A program made the position numbers and the translations under genes. A DNA stretch of 64,000 nucleotides from an uncultured Gammaproteobacteria bacterium (GTDB taxonomy: Bacteria; Patescibacteriota; Microgenomatia; CAZETR01; Amesbacteraceae): contig CAYHGA010000003.1 in the NCBI GenBank assembly GCA_964356225.1, positions 266 to 64,265 of the forward strand, in the 5' to 3' direction. A model generated the notes under the pieces. That model ran no database searches, was not told where the DNA came from, and worked only from the letters and a program-made list of their open reading frames with translations. Shown here in pieces: positions 1-11,500 of the stretch. The stretch's first letter is position 1; every line of letters starts with the position of its first letter.

Positions 1-11
1 ACCCTTCGTTT

Positions 12-1097
12 TTGGTGAGAAATACCCCGGCCCAGCCTGCTCAAATTCAGGAAACCTTCACGCCTCAACACACCTTTACCGATTTTGGCTTTCCACCCCA
101 ACTGGCGGCTAATATTACACTGCGTAACTATCCCGCCCTTACCCCTATCCAGGATCAAGTAATCCCCTTACTTTTAGAAGGCAAAGACGTAATTGGTCTA
201 GCCAACACCGGCACCGGCAAAACCGCCGCTTTTCTCCTGCCTTTTATCAAAAAAGTAAATCAAGACAGGTCCCAAAAAATGCTGATTATGGCTCCCACCC
301 GGGAACTAGCCGTGCAAATTGAAGATGAGCTCAAAATCTTCGCTAAACAAATGAGAATTTTTAGCGCCTTGTGCATCGGCGGAGTAAGCATGCAGGGGCA
401 AATCAGGAGCCTCTACTCCAATCCCAATTTTGTCATCGGCACCCCTGGCCGTCTGAAAGATCTGGCCACCCGCCGCAAGATTATCTTTTCCACTTTCAAC
501 ACCGTAGTTTTGGACGAAGTGGACCGCATGCTGGATATGGGCTTTATCCACAATATGACCGAGATTCTTTCAGCTCTGCCTGCTAATCGTCAAATGGCAT
601 TTTTTTCAGCTACGATGACTCCTTCGGTACAAAAAGTCATGGGGGCGTTTCTTAAAAATCCCGTCACCATTTCTATTAAAACACACGCAGTTCTGAAAAA
701 TATTGCCCAGGACATAATCAGAATGAACGGTAAGCCTAAAATAGACGTTTTGCATGACCTCTTGATTCAAGTCGGTTTCGATAAGGTATTGGTCTTTGGC
801 CGAACCAAATGGGGCCTGGAACGATTGGCCACCGATTTAATCCGGCGCGGGTTTGCGGTCGTGGCCATTCACGGCAACAAAAGTCAAAGCCAGCGCCAAC
901 GTTCACTATTAGATTTCAAGACCAACCGGGTGAAAGTCCTGTTGGCCACCGATGTAGCTTCCAGAGGATTAGATATCGACGACGTCACTCACGTCATCAA
1001 TTTCGATCTTCCCGAATCCTACGAGGACTATATCCACCGCATCGGTCGCACCGGCCGGGCCCACAAAACCGGCATCGCTCTCACCCTGGTGCCCTAA
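12..1097 (+). CDS. DEAD-box RNA helicase (true start uncertain, may lie upstream of the window)
   Basis: Q motif TPIQ, TGTGKT, PTRELA, DEVD, SAT, HRIGRTGR motifs. Confidence 0.93.
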   Translation: MVRNTPAQPAQIQETFTPQHTFTDFGFPPQLAANITLRNYPALTPIQDQVIPLLLEGKDVIGLANTGTGKTAAFLLPFIKKVNQDRSQKMLIMAPTRELAVQIEDELKIFAKQMRIFSALCIGGVSMQGQIRSLYSNPNFVIGTPGRLKDLATRRKIIFSTFNTVVLDEVDRMLDMGFIHNMTEILSALPANRQMAFFSATMTPSVQKVMGAFLKNPVTISIKTHAVLKNIAQDIIRMNGKPKIDVLHDLLIQVGFDKVLVFGRTKWGLERLATDLIRRGFAVVAIHGNKSQSQRQRSLLDFKTNRVKVLLATDVASRGLDIDDVTHVINFDLPESYEDYIHRIGRTGRAHKTGIALTLVP

Positions 1098-1114
1098 TTT
1101 GCTACAATCAAGGA

Positions 1115-2851
1115 GTGGCTAAGAGCGTCACCAATTTGCAGATTGCTAAATTATTGAGAAGCGTGGCAGCAGCGCTGGAATTATCGGGGGACGATAACCG
1201 GTTTCGCATAACCGCTTATCAACGGGCCGCAGACGCTATCGAGCATGCCAGCAGCGAAGTTAAAGATTTATGGGACGACGGCAAACTCAAAGAATTAGCC
1301 GGTGTGGGAGAAGGTATAGCCGCTTCTTTAGACGAGCTGTTCAGAACTGGCCAAGTCAAACATTTTCAAAGTATTTTAAAGCCCTTTCCCTCGGCCCTCT
1401 TTGAATTGGTGGAAGTTCCCGGTATCGGTCCTAAAACCGCCCTCAAATTTTGCAAGGAACTGGGCATCACCAAAGCTCACTCTGCTATTTCCGAACTCCT
1501 CAAAGCCGCCAAAAAGGGCCGCATCGACGACCGCTTTATCAAAGCCATACAAGAATATCAGGGTCGCTCCCGGCGGCTGCTGCTGGATGTGGCCCAGACC
1601 ATCGCCAGCTCAATTGTGGAATGGATGAAAAAAAATCCTCACGTTTTACAAATAAACACCTTGGGCAGTCTGCGCCGCCAGGCGTCTAGCGTAGGCGATA
1701 TCGACATCGCCGTCGCTTCTGACCGGGCCAAAGAAGTTATTGAACACTTCACTAAATACCCCCATAAATCCCGAGTGCTAGAGGCAGGGGAGCGTACCGC
1801 CTCCCTTATTCTCCCTAACGAGTACCAAGTCGACCTTATGGTTCAGCCGGAGGCTGCCTACGGGGCCCTTCTGCAGCACTTTACAGGCTCCAAGCACCAC
1901 AACATCGCCCTCCGGGAATTTGCTCTCAAAAAAGGCTACTCACTATCCGAATACGGTATCACTCCCCGTGAGGGACGAAAGGGAAAGGTATTATTGTTTC
2001 CTACGGAAGAAAAATTTTATAACTTCCTGGGTTTAGACTGGATACCTCCAGAACTGCGGGAAGGGGAGAATGAAATTGAATTAGCCAGGGAACACAAACT
2101 GCCCAAACTAATTGAAGTGTCAGACATCAAAGGCGACCTGCAGATGCATAGCAATCTCGACGTACAGCCGTCGCACGACCTCGGTGCGTCCTCAATTGCG
2201 GACATGGCTCTAATCGCTTCCAAACTAGGATATGAATACATCGGCCTGACCGAGCACAATCCAGCTGTATCGGGTCATACACAATCTCAAATTATGGACT
2301 TAATTAAGCGTAAATCAAACGCTATCGAACAATTTAATTCCTCGCGAACAATAAAAGTGTTCAATGGATTAGAAATAGACATTCAGCCCAATGGGCGGCG
2401 TGCCTTGCCTGATTCATGCCTGGATCTGCTTGATTATGCTTGCGTTGCCATTCACTCCAGCTTTCAGGCCCCGCGGTCCCAGATGACCGACCGGGTCTTG
2501 TCCGCTCTGAATCACCCCAAAGTTAAATTCCTGGCCCACCCTACCGCCCGTCTCCTGGGTCAACGTGAAGGCGTGGAATTAGACTGGGACAGACTTTTCG
2601 ATTTTTGCCTTAATCACAACAAATGGCTGGAAATCGACGGCTGGCCAAACAGATTGGATTTGCCGGATACTGTAGCCAAAGACGCCATCAAGCATGAAGT
2701 TAAGTTAGTAATTGATACCGATTCTCATGCTGCCGGACAATTGGTCTACATGCGCTATGGCGTTTCTGTTGCCCGTCGCGCCGGCGCCGCCAAACGTGAT
2801 ATTATTAACACTCGATCTTTAAAGGAGGTGATTTCATGTCTGTCCCCATAA
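1115..2851 (+). CDS. polX: DNA polymerase X with C-terminal PHP domain; start reassigned to GTG 1115
   Basis: N-terminal 'NLQIAKLL..FRITAYQRAA', GSLRR, catalytic GDIDI and VDL, HFTGSK, PHP motifs (TEH, AHPTAR, DTDSH); TG-C-TACAAT -10 just upstream of 1115. Confidence 0.93.
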   Translation: MAKSVTNLQIAKLLRSVAAALELSGDDNRFRITAYQRAADAIEHASSEVKDLWDDGKLKELAGVGEGIAASLDELFRTGQVKHFQSILKPFPSALFELVEVPGIGPKTALKFCKELGITKAHSAISELLKAAKKGRIDDRFIKAIQEYQGRSRRLLLDVAQTIASSIVEWMKKNPHVLQINTLGSLRRQASSVGDIDIAVASDRAKEVIEHFTKYPHKSRVLEAGERTASLILPNEYQVDLMVQPEAAYGALLQHFTGSKHHNIALREFALKKGYSLSEYGITPREGRKGKVLLFPTEEKFYNFLGLDWIPPELREGENEIELAREHKLPKLIEVSDIKGDLQMHSNLDVQPSHDLGASSIADMALIASKLGYEYIGLTEHNPAVSGHTQSQIMDLIKRKSNAIEQFNSSRTIKVFNGLEIDIQPNGRRALPDSCLDLLDYACVAIHSSFQAPRSQMTDRVLSALNHPKVKFLAHPTARLLGQREGVELDWDRLFDFCLNHNKWLEIDGWPNRLDLPDTVAKDAIKHEVKLVIDTDSHAAGQLVYMRYGVSVARRAGAAKRDIINTRSLKEVISCLSP

Positions 2852-3369
2852 TATTTCTTATCATTGCCGGGGGAATTGCGTTATACGTCATCGGCGTTTA
2901 CAACGGACTCGCTTCCATGCGCACCCGCATTGCCGCTTCACTCCAGGAAATCGGTAACCAGCTCAAACGCCAGGTGGAACTTATTCCCAATCTGGAAGCC
3001 TCGGTCAAAGGTTATCTGGCCCACGAAAAAAGCATTTTAAGCATGTTGGCCGACGCCAGAAAATTAATTTCTAAAGGCCAGGACGCCTCAGCCAAAGTAG
3101 CCGAGCTTTTGCCTAAATTGCAGGTGGTGGTGGAAAGTAACCCCCAGCTCAAAGGTGTAGACGTAGTCAGCCAACTCATGGAAGAATTGCGCGATACATC
3201 AGACAAAATTATGTATTCCCGCCGGACCATGATTGATCTGTCTGCCGACTACAATATTCAGCTGGTCACTTTTCCCAGCTCTGTAGTCGCCAACGTTTTT
3301 GGCTTTAAATCCGAAAAAGGATTGGAAGTTTCAGCTGCCGAAACTAAAACTCCCAAAGTGTCGTTATGA
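2836..3369 (+). CDS. lemA: LemA family protein
   Basis: N-terminal TM, 'YNGL..QLKRQ.ELIPNL', 'ESNPQLK', 'YN..L.TFPS.VVA.VFGF'; adjacent to htpX. Confidence 0.9.
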   Translation: MSVPIIFLIIAGGIALYVIGVYNGLASMRTRIAASLQEIGNQLKRQVELIPNLEASVKGYLAHEKSILSMLADARKLISKGQDASAKVAELLPKLQVVVESNPQLKGVDVVSQLMEELRDTSDKIMYSRRTMIDLSADYNIQLVTFPSSVVANVFGFKSEKGLEVSAAETKTPKVSL

Positions 3370-4295
3370 TCAACGTTTACGAAGCGGTTGACGCTAATAA
3401 GCGCAAGAGTTGGCTGGTCATGGCCGGTTTTGTGGTATTTATCCTCTTGGCTTCAGTGGGCATCGCCAAGGGTATCGCCGCTTACTACGGTTATCAGGCT
3501 ACCGGGCTGGAATTTACGGGCATCGCCTTAGTCATCTCCGGCCTCATGAGTTTTGCCTCTTATTACTGGAGCGATTCAATCATTTTAAATTTGTCGGGCG
3601 CCAGATTGGCAGACAAACGCCGCGATTTCCAGTTTTACACCGTAGCTGAAAACCTGTGTCTGGCCGCCTCCTTACCCCTGCCCAAATTATACGTTATTGA
3701 CGACACGGCCATGAACGCTTTTGCCACCGGCCGTGATCCCGCCCATGCTTCCCTATGTGCCACAGCCGGACTTCTGGCCAAACTCAACCGCACCGAATTA
3801 GAAGGGGTTGTTGGTCACGAACTGTCTCATATCGGTAACTACGATACCCGCCTTATGGCCGTGGTCACAATTCTTGTGGGACTAATTACCCTTTTGGGAG
3901 ATTGGTTTCTGCGGGCTAGTTGGTTTGGCGGCCGCAGCCGCAGTAGTGATGAAGACCGGGGATTGGGAGCAATTTTCCTAATTTTAGGTTTTGTGCTGGC
4001 TCTGCTTTCACCTATCATCGCCCAAATCATTCAGCTGGCTATCAGCAGACGCCGGGAATATCTGGCCGATGCCAGCAGCGTTAAACTTACCCGTCAGCCC
4101 AGTGGTTTGATTTCCGCTCTCAAAAAACTCGGAGCCGACCGTGAACCTCTGGAAGCGGCCAACAAGGCCACCGCCCATCTATACATCGTTAATCCTCTCA
4201 AAAACCGCCACGACGCCATCGGTTGGTTTGCCGGCCTCTTCAACACCCACCCGCCCTTATCCGCCCGCATCAAAATCCTTGAACAAATGTCCTAG
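3366..4295 (+). CDS. htpX: HtpX-like M48 zinc metalloprotease
   Basis: NAFATG, HELSH, SRRREYLAD, FNTHPP motifs; TM helices. Confidence 0.93.
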   Translation: MINVYEAVDANKRKSWLVMAGFVVFILLASVGIAKGIAAYYGYQATGLEFTGIALVISGLMSFASYYWSDSIILNLSGARLADKRRDFQFYTVAENLCLAASLPLPKLYVIDDTAMNAFATGRDPAHASLCATAGLLAKLNRTELEGVVGHELSHIGNYDTRLMAVVTILVGLITLLGDWFLRASWFGGRSRSSDEDRGLGAIFLILGFVLALLSPIIAQIIQLAISRRREYLADASSVKLTRQPSGLISALKKLGADREPLEAANKATAHLYIVNPLKNRHDAIGWFAGLFNTHPPLSARIKILEQMS

Positions 4296-4317
4296 TTTTT
4301 TGTGCTAAACTTTGGGC

Positions 4318-4572
4318 ATGGACATTGCCAAAATCGCCAAGCTAGCAAATTTACCTCTAAACGAAGAGCTAACTAAAAAACTACAAAAAGATTTGGATGC
4401 TACAGTAAAATTGGTGAACGAATTGTCAGAGCTAGATTTAAAAGACGTTGAGCCTACGTCTCAAGTAACGGGTTTGACTAACGTGACACGGAAAGACAAA
4501 ATCGACAAATCCAGAATTTTACCAGTCACTGATTATTTTAAAGTAAAAGCCATATTTAATGATGCTTCTTGA
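4318..4572 (+). CDS. gatC: Asp/Glu-tRNA amidotransferase subunit C
   Basis: 'IAKLANL..L.ELD...VEPT..V....NVTR.D', 'YFKVKAI'; precedes gatA. Confidence 0.88.
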   Translation: MDIAKIAKLANLPLNEELTKKLQKDLDATVKLVNELSELDLKDVEPTSQVTGLTNVTRKDKIDKSRILPVTDYFKVKAIFNDAS

Positions 4573-5929
4573 TTCATCTATTTCTGAAATTGCAGCTAAA
4601 TATCGCTCAGGTGAAATTTCCCCAGTGGACGTTATCAATGAATGCTTTAAAAACATCGAAAAGCACAATTCAACCTTAAACGCTTTTATTACAATTTGTG
4701 ATAAACAAAAAGTTCTTGACCAAGCCAAACTTATAAAATTTGTTACGCCACTATCCGGGATTCCTTATGTCTTAAAAGATGCTTATGTTACCCAGGGCCT
4801 CAGGACAACGGCTGCCTCAAAAATTTTGGAGAATTATGTTCCCGACTATAACGCCACCGTTGTGGAAAAACTAACCCAAGCTGGAGCAATTTTAATCGGC
4901 AAAACCAACATGGACGTCTGGGGTCACGGAGCCAGTTCGGAAAACACGGATTTCGGCCCAGTCAAAAATCCTTGGGATCAATCGCGGGTAGCCGGCGGTT
5001 CCTCCGGAGGTGCGGCCGTAGCTGTATCAGTCCGGATGGCTATGTTTGCTATTGGCGAAGACACGGGCGGATCGATCAGAAACCCTGCTGGTTGGTGCGG
5101 AATATCGGGATTGAAGGTCACATATGGCCGGGTCAGCCGGTATGGTGCAATTGCTTATGCCTCGTCTTTAGACACCGTTGGTCCCATGGCCAAAAGTTCT
5201 CGGGATTTAGCAATTATTTTGGAACAAATTGCCGGGATTGATCCATACGATGCTACCTCCTCACCCGTTGAAGTTCCTAAATATTCTGAAGATTTAAACA
5301 CAGATTTAAAAAAAATAAAAATCGGGATCCCGTTGGAATTAAATTCTCAAATCAAAGAAGCGGTAATAAAATTAAAAGAACTGGGGGCCGAGGTTGTGGA
5401 CATTTCCTTGCCTATGCTCAAATATGCCGTGTCTGTATATTATTTAATCGCCCCATCTGAAACTAGTTCAAATTTAGCCAGATATGATGGGATCAGATAT
5501 GGAACTGGTAGAGAAAACTTTACTCAAGAGAGTATGCGCAGAATTATAATCGGCACATATGCCCTATCAGCTGGTTATTATGATGCATATTACAAAAAAG
5601 CCCAGGCAGCCAGAACCAAAATAATTGGTGACTACAAAAAAGCGTTTACAAAGTGTGATGTGATTATTATGCCAATATCACCATCTATGGCTCCAAAATT
5701 AGGCGAGCTAATTTCCGACCCGGTCAAAAATATGTTGACAGATATGTATGCCGTCACCGCAAATATTTCCGGCATTCCCTCCTTGGCTGTTCCCTGTGGA
5801 TTTGACGAGGGAATGCCGGTAGGGTTTCAGATTCAGGGACCGATGTTTTCAGAAGAACTCCTTTTGCGTTTGGGTCACAGTTATCAGCAAGCAACCGACT
5901 GGCATGTTCGCAAACCGCAACTTTCTTAA
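4559..5929 (+). CDS. gatA: Asp/Glu-tRNA amidotransferase subunit A
   Basis: Amidase signature GGSSGG, DTGGSIR, 'SSNLARYDG', 'YYDAYYKKAQ'. Confidence 0.95.
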   Translation: MMLLDSSISEIAAKYRSGEISPVDVINECFKNIEKHNSTLNAFITICDKQKVLDQAKLIKFVTPLSGIPYVLKDAYVTQGLRTTAASKILENYVPDYNATVVEKLTQAGAILIGKTNMDVWGHGASSENTDFGPVKNPWDQSRVAGGSSGGAAVAVSVRMAMFAIGEDTGGSIRNPAGWCGISGLKVTYGRVSRYGAIAYASSLDTVGPMAKSSRDLAIILEQIAGIDPYDATSSPVEVPKYSEDLNTDLKKIKIGIPLELNSQIKEAVIKLKELGAEVVDISLPMLKYAVSVYYLIAPSETSSNLARYDGIRYGTGRENFTQESMRRIIIGTYALSAGYYDAYYKKAQAARTKIIGDYKKAFTKCDVIIMPISPSMAPKLGELISDPVKNMLTDMYAVTANISGIPSLAVPCGFDEGMPVGFQIQGPMFSEELLLRLGHSYQQATDWHVRKPQLS

Positions 5930-7115
5930 ACTCTGGGTGTCCCAGATGTTATCTCAAGTGAGCATAAACATCATGAATTTTTACGTTGTAACCCGCATTT
6001 TTTCCCTAACCAGCTCTACCACTGCCGTATCGCTGATGTGGATTGCCGGAGCTTTGCCCTGTCTGCTTTTTGCCCCATTCTCCGGCCCGGTCGTGGACGG
6101 CGTCAGTAAACGCAAGTCCATGATTGTCACTAATTTGCTTCAAGCTGCCAGCATCTCCCTCCTCTTTTTTGTTTCTAAGCCCTTCTCTTTTTATTCCGTG
6201 GTCTTTTTGTACTGGTTCTTTGACCAAATCTATATGCCCAGTCAGCAAGCCGCTATTCCCCAGTTAGTGGACAAGAAATTATTACCTGCGGCCAACGGCC
6301 TATTTTTACTCACCCAACAAGCCTCATTACTGGTGGGGTTTGGCTTGGGAGGCCTGCTCATCACCACTCTCGGCAATACTATCACCATCGCTTTTGCCAC
6401 TCTCAATTTAATTATTGCTGCCATTGCGGTCTTTTTCCTGCCCCACGACGCCCCCAAAACGGGATTGCGGGACAAAAGCCCGCTCAAATTCTGGAAAGAT
6501 CTCTCTGTCGGTTACAAATTCATCAAAGACCACCGTGTTGTCATGCTTCCCTTACTTCTAATCGTCTGTACCCAAGTCTTCATTTCCATCACCACAGTTA
6601 TTTTGCCCACCTATACCCACTCCGTTTTGCACATGCAGTTTAGCCGGGCCGCTGTCATGCTAATAGTCCCTGGAGCCCTTGGCGCCCTTTTAATGACCTA
6701 TTTAATTCCCAGGTTTCTCAAACGCTACCGTAAAAAAGATCTTATTCAAGCAGGACTGGGAATCGGAGGAACTGTCCTTTTGCTCCTGTCCGTTATTAAA
6801 TGGTTTCCCTTCGGCCAATTGCTAATCGCCATTCTGGCCGCCATTGGCTTAGGAGTTTCTATCGCCGCCATCACCGTTCCCGCCCAAACTCTGGTTCAGG
6901 AAAAAACTCCCACCTGGATCCGCGGCCGGGTCTATAGCCAGCTTAATTTCCTGATGATTATGGCCACCGCCCTGCCTTTGTTTATCGTCGCCTCGCTTGC
7001 CGACGCCTTAGGAGTTGTCACCATTATGGCCACTTTCGGAATTTTGTTATTAGCCGTTTTTATTTTTATCCGCAAGAAAGGAGACTATGTCCTGGCAAAC
7101 GGTTTTGGGATTTGA
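5904..7115 (+). CDS. MFS transporter (H+ antiporter-3/MefA-like)
   Basis: ~12 hydrophobic helices, 'NRNFLKLW.SQ..S', 'GPVVD..SKRK.M', 'QEKTP..IRGRV'. Confidence 0.85.
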   Translation: MFANRNFLKLWVSQMLSQVSINIMNFYVVTRIFSLTSSTTAVSLMWIAGALPCLLFAPFSGPVVDGVSKRKSMIVTNLLQAASISLLFFVSKPFSFYSVVFLYWFFDQIYMPSQQAAIPQLVDKKLLPAANGLFLLTQQASLLVGFGLGGLLITTLGNTITIAFATLNLIIAAIAVFFLPHDAPKTGLRDKSPLKFWKDLSVGYKFIKDHRVVMLPLLLIVCTQVFISITTVILPTYTHSVLHMQFSRAAVMLIVPGALGALLMTYLIPRFLKRYRKKDLIQAGLGIGGTVLLLLSVIKWFPFGQLLIAILAAIGLGVSIAAITVPAQTLVQEKTPTWIRGRVYSQLNFLMIMATALPLFIVASLADALGVVTIMATFGILLLAVFIFIRKKGDYVLANGFGI

Positions 7116-8292
7116 AGTCCACATTGAGCTCTCTACCGCCTCAAAAATGTTTTGCGGTTGTCCTGCAGATCATTTCGGCAAAGCTCCTAATACCCAAGTC
7201 TGCCCGGTTTGTTTGGGCTTGCCCGGAGCTCTTCCGGTCCCCAACGCCCGCGCCATCGAGTGGTGCGTCAAGTTAGGTCTAGCTCTAGGCTGCGACATAA
7301 ATCTTTTCTCTAAATTTGACCGCAAAAATTATTTTTACCCTGATCTGCCCAAAGGCTATCAAATCAGTCAGTATGACCTTCCCTTTTGCAAAAATGGTCA
7401 GCTTCTTGGTCATAAAGTCACCCGGGTGCACCTGGAAGAAGACACCGGCAAACTTCAGCATTCCGGTTCCGAAACTCTCATCGATTTTAATAGAAGCGGC
7501 GTACCCTTAGTCGAAATTGTCACCGGCCCGGATTTTATTTCTTCGGATGACGGAATCCTATTTTTAAAAGAAGTCCAAGCTATCGTCAGAGCTTTAGGTA
7601 TATCCAGCGCTGATATGGAGAAGGGATCGATGCGTTTGGAGGCGAATATTTCAATCAGACGATCAGGCTTATCTGACCTTCCGAATTATAAAGTCGAGAT
7701 AAAAAATGTTAATTCTTTCAGATTTATAAAAAAAGCAATTGATTTTGAAGTAGCTCGGCAAATTCAATTACTTGAAGCGGGTCAAACCCCGGTTCAGGAA
7801 ACCCGCGGCTTCAAAGAATCCACAGGAGAAACTGTCAGTCAGCGTCTCAAAGAAGAAGCCAACGATTACCGTTATTTCCCGGAACCGGACATTCCCCCGC
7901 TTCAATTCACTAAACTGCAAATCGAAGTCTGGCGTTCTGAACTTCCGGCACTCCCGGCTCAAGTTCGCCAAGAGCTTATTACAAAATATCAACTATCGCC
8001 CCAATACGCCGTGATCATAAGTAGCGACCAGAGCATGTATGTCCAGTTTCTGAAAAATCCCTCCAAAGCCACAGCCGATGCCTTGGTCAATAAACGGCCA
8101 TTACAAACCGGCTCAACCGTCAAAATTGACCCCGAAGTAGTAAGCCGAATTTTAGCCGCTAATCCCAAAGCCGTGGCCGATTTTAAATCCGGCAAACAGC
8201 AAGCTCTCTTCTTCCTCATCGGCCAGATCAAAAAAGAACTAGGCGATATTGACATAGCATTGACACAAATGATGATCAGTGACATAGTATAG
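7087..8292 (+). CDS. gatB: Asp/Glu-tRNA amidotransferase subunit B (short C-terminal tail)
   Basis: GFEVHIEL, CPVCLGLPG, FDRKNYFYPDLPKGYQISQ, HLEEDTGK, DYRYFPEPD. Confidence 0.96.
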   Translation: MSWQTVLGFEVHIELSTASKMFCGCPADHFGKAPNTQVCPVCLGLPGALPVPNARAIEWCVKLGLALGCDINLFSKFDRKNYFYPDLPKGYQISQYDLPFCKNGQLLGHKVTRVHLEEDTGKLQHSGSETLIDFNRSGVPLVEIVTGPDFISSDDGILFLKEVQAIVRALGISSADMEKGSMRLEANISIRRSGLSDLPNYKVEIKNVNSFRFIKKAIDFEVARQIQLLEAGQTPVQETRGFKESTGETVSQRLKEEANDYRYFPEPDIPPLQFTKLQIEVWRSELPALPAQVRQELITKYQLSPQYAVIISSDQSMYVQFLKNPSKATADALVNKRPLQTGSTVKIDPEVVSRILAANPKAVADFKSGKQQALFFLIGQIKKELGDIDIALTQMMISDIV

Positions 8293-8294
8293 AC

Positions 8295-8516
8295 ATGTTA
8301 ACTAATTCCGATTTGATAAAAATTGGATCACTCCTTGATAGTAAATTAGACGCTAAACTCGAGAAAAAATTATCCCCAATAGCTAAATCAATTAGAAAGA
8401 TTCAAAAAGACATGAAAACAGTTGTAAATTACTTTGACGCAGAATATTTAAACCACGACTCTAGAATAAGAAAAATAGAAGCTCATATAGGATTCCAACC
8501 ACCAATTTCAATTTAA
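8295..8516 (+). CDS. small coiled-coil hypothetical protein
   Basis: 73-aa ORF tightly packed between gatB and dnaE, heptad-like pattern ending 'RIRKIEAHIG'. Confidence 0.6.
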   Translation: MLTNSDLIKIGSLLDSKLDAKLEKKLSPIAKSIRKIQKDMKTVVNYFDAEYLNHDSRIRKIEAHIGFQPPISI

Positions 8517-8555
8517 CCGGAAACAGCGGTTAATCCGCTGAGAACAAGGTCCAGT

Positions 8556-11500
8556 ATGTCAGCAAAATTCGTACATCTCCACGTTCACACCGAATATTCT
8601 CTCCTTGACGGCCTGTCCAAAATTTCCCGTCTGGTCCGCCGGGCTAAAGAGCTGGAAATGCCGGCCGTGGCTCTTACCGATCACGGAGTCATGTACGGAG
8701 CAGTTGAATTTTACAAAGAATGTACCAAAGAAAGCGTTAAACCCCTGATTGGCATGGAGGCCTACGTAGTAAACAGGAATCATACTGAAAAGGCCGGCAA
8801 AGGCGAAAATAATCATTTACTGCTCCTGGCCGCAGACCATCAGGGATATCAAAATCTGATGCGCTTGTCTACCATTTCCCATCTCGAAGGTTTTTATTAC
8901 CGTCCTAGGTTCGACAAAGAAACCCTTGTTAAATATCACCAAGGTCTTATTTGTACGTCAGCCTGTCCCAAAGGCGAAATCGCCCAGCTTCTTAATGAAA
9001 ATTCATTCGCCTTGGCCGCAGAAGCCGTAACCTGGTACCAACATCTTTTCGGCGACCGCTACTATTTGGAGATTCAACGCCATCAGTTTGAGGATTATTT
9101 CGATTCGGTTAAGAATAACTCCCGCCTGCTGGATAAACTTCAAAATATGGCCAAAACCGAAAAAATTTGGGTCGACGGTGTTGTCAAATTAAGTAGAGAT
9201 TTAGGTATCAGGTTAGTAGCCACCAACGACGCCCATTATCTGCAAAAAACCGATGCCCCCGCCCAGGACGCCCTAGTCTGCATTTCCACAGGTAAAAATA
9301 CGTCAGATATTGACCGCCTGCGTTATATTGACACCCCCACCTTTCACCTCCGTTCACCGCAAGAGATGGAAAGTATTTTTCCAGATTTTCCCGACGCTTT
9401 AAAAAATACTCTTGCTGTAGCAGAACAATGTGACGTTAAAATCGAGCTGGGCAAATGGTATTTCCCCAACATTGATCTCCCCCCAGGTCTGACGGCCACA
9501 CAGGCATTACAGGAAATGGCTCACAGCAAAACTGATCAGCTGCATGCCAAACGCCTGGAGTATGAGTTGAAAGTTATCTGCTCCAAAGGATACGCTCCCT
9601 ATTTTTTGATGATGGCCGATCTGGTCAATTGGTGTACCGATCATGGAATTATTACCAACACCAGAGGCTCCGCAGCCGGTTCTCTGGTCTCATACGTCAC
9701 CGGAATTACGACCGTCGATCCCATTTTGTATGATCTGCCTTTCGAGCGTTTTCTCAATCCTTTCCGTCCTTCGCCTCCGGATATAGATCTGGATGTGGCC
9801 GATGACCGGCGGGAAGAAGTAATTGCCTATATTACCCACAAATATGGCAGCGAAAAAGTAGCTCAAATTTGTACTTTTGGCCGGATGCTGGCCCGGGCAG
9901 CCGTCCGCGACGTGGCCCGGGTCCAGGGACATCCGTACGCCTTCGGGGACCGCATCGCCAAAGTTATTCCCCTGGGTTCCCAGGGTTTCCCCATGTCTAT
10001 CGAGCGGGCTCTCAAAGAATCCCCGGAGCTAAAAACCATGTACGACTCTGATCCTCAAGTAACAGAAACTGTGGACCTGGCCCGCCAGATCGAAGGCAAC
10101 GCCCGCCACGTCTCTGTGCACGCCGCCGGCATGGTCGTTTCGCCCGAAGCCATGACCAACTACACCCCCCTCCAGCTCGAACCCAAAGGCACCAAAATCA
10201 TCACTCAATATGAATTCCACGCCTGTGAAGAAATTGGCCTGGTTAAATTCGACATCCTGGGTATCCGCAACTTGTCTATTTTAGGGGCCGCTCGCGACCT
10301 CATCGAGAGCTTGCATCACATTACGCTCGATCTGAAACATCTGCCAGCCAACGACAAAGCCACTTTTGCCATGCTCACCCGCGGCGAAACCATGGGAGTG
10401 TTTCAACTGGGGGGCAGCGGCATGACCAAATGGCTCAAGGAACTTAAACCCAACCGTCTGGAAGATATCATGGTCATGATCGCTCTCTTCCGTCCCGGGC
10501 CTATGGCCAATATTCCCGAATACATCGCCCGCAAAAATAAAAAATCTCCAGTCACCTACATGCATCCTAAAATGGCCGACTACTTGGAGAAATCCTATGG
10601 AATCCTCGTCTACCAGGAGGATATTATGTTTACTGGTCTGACATTGGCCGGCTACACCTGGGAAACCATCGATAAGCTGCGTAAAGCCATCGGCAAAAAA
10701 TTGCCCAAAGAAATGGCCCAACAGCACGAAGTCTTTGTAGAGGGTTGTATCAAAACGTCGGGCATGAGCCGGGAAGAAGCCGAAAAAATTTGGGAGTTAT
10801 TCGTGCCTTTCCAGGGTTATGGTTTCAACAAGGCCCACGCCGCTTCTTATGGCATAGTCGCTTACCAAACCGCCTATCTTAAGGCCCATTATCCTGTAGA
10901 ATACATGACCGCTCTCCTGACAGCCGAATCGGGAGATACCGAAAAAATCGTGGAGGCCATTGACGAATGTCGGCGCATCAAAATTCCCGTTTTGCCGCCG
11001 GATATCAACCGTTCAAACGTGGGTTTTGCGGTAGATGATAAATCAATCCGCTTCGGTCTATCCGCCATTAAAAACGTCGGCGCAACCGCCATTTCTTCCA
11101 TTCTCACCGCCCGGGCTTCCAACCCATTTACCAGCTTTACTGATTTTTGTCTCCGGGTTGACTCCCAAAAAGTCAACCGTAAAGTTTTGGAAAGCTTAAT
11201 TAAGGCCGGGGCCATGGACCAATTCGGCAAGCGGGCCGCCTTACTTGCCGCCCTGGATAAAATCCGCGAATTGGGAACCAGTATTAGTAAACTCAAATCC
11301 TCCGGGCAAACCACCTTTTTTGTCTCCTCCGAACAATCCGACCATTCCGACCGGCTTCCCAACATTGATGAATTCGAAAAATCGGTTATGCTGAATATGG
11401 AAAAAGAACTCTTGGGCTTTTATTTAACCGAACATCCTCACGCCGAGAAACTAGCCCAACTTGGACAGCTCATTACTCACCGCATTAGCGAGCTTCCTTC

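Noticed and set aside
809-1114. 102-aa N-terminal extension of PolX in the ORF track
   Set aside because: It overlaps the helicase gene in another frame; PolX homology and a -10 box point to GTG 1115
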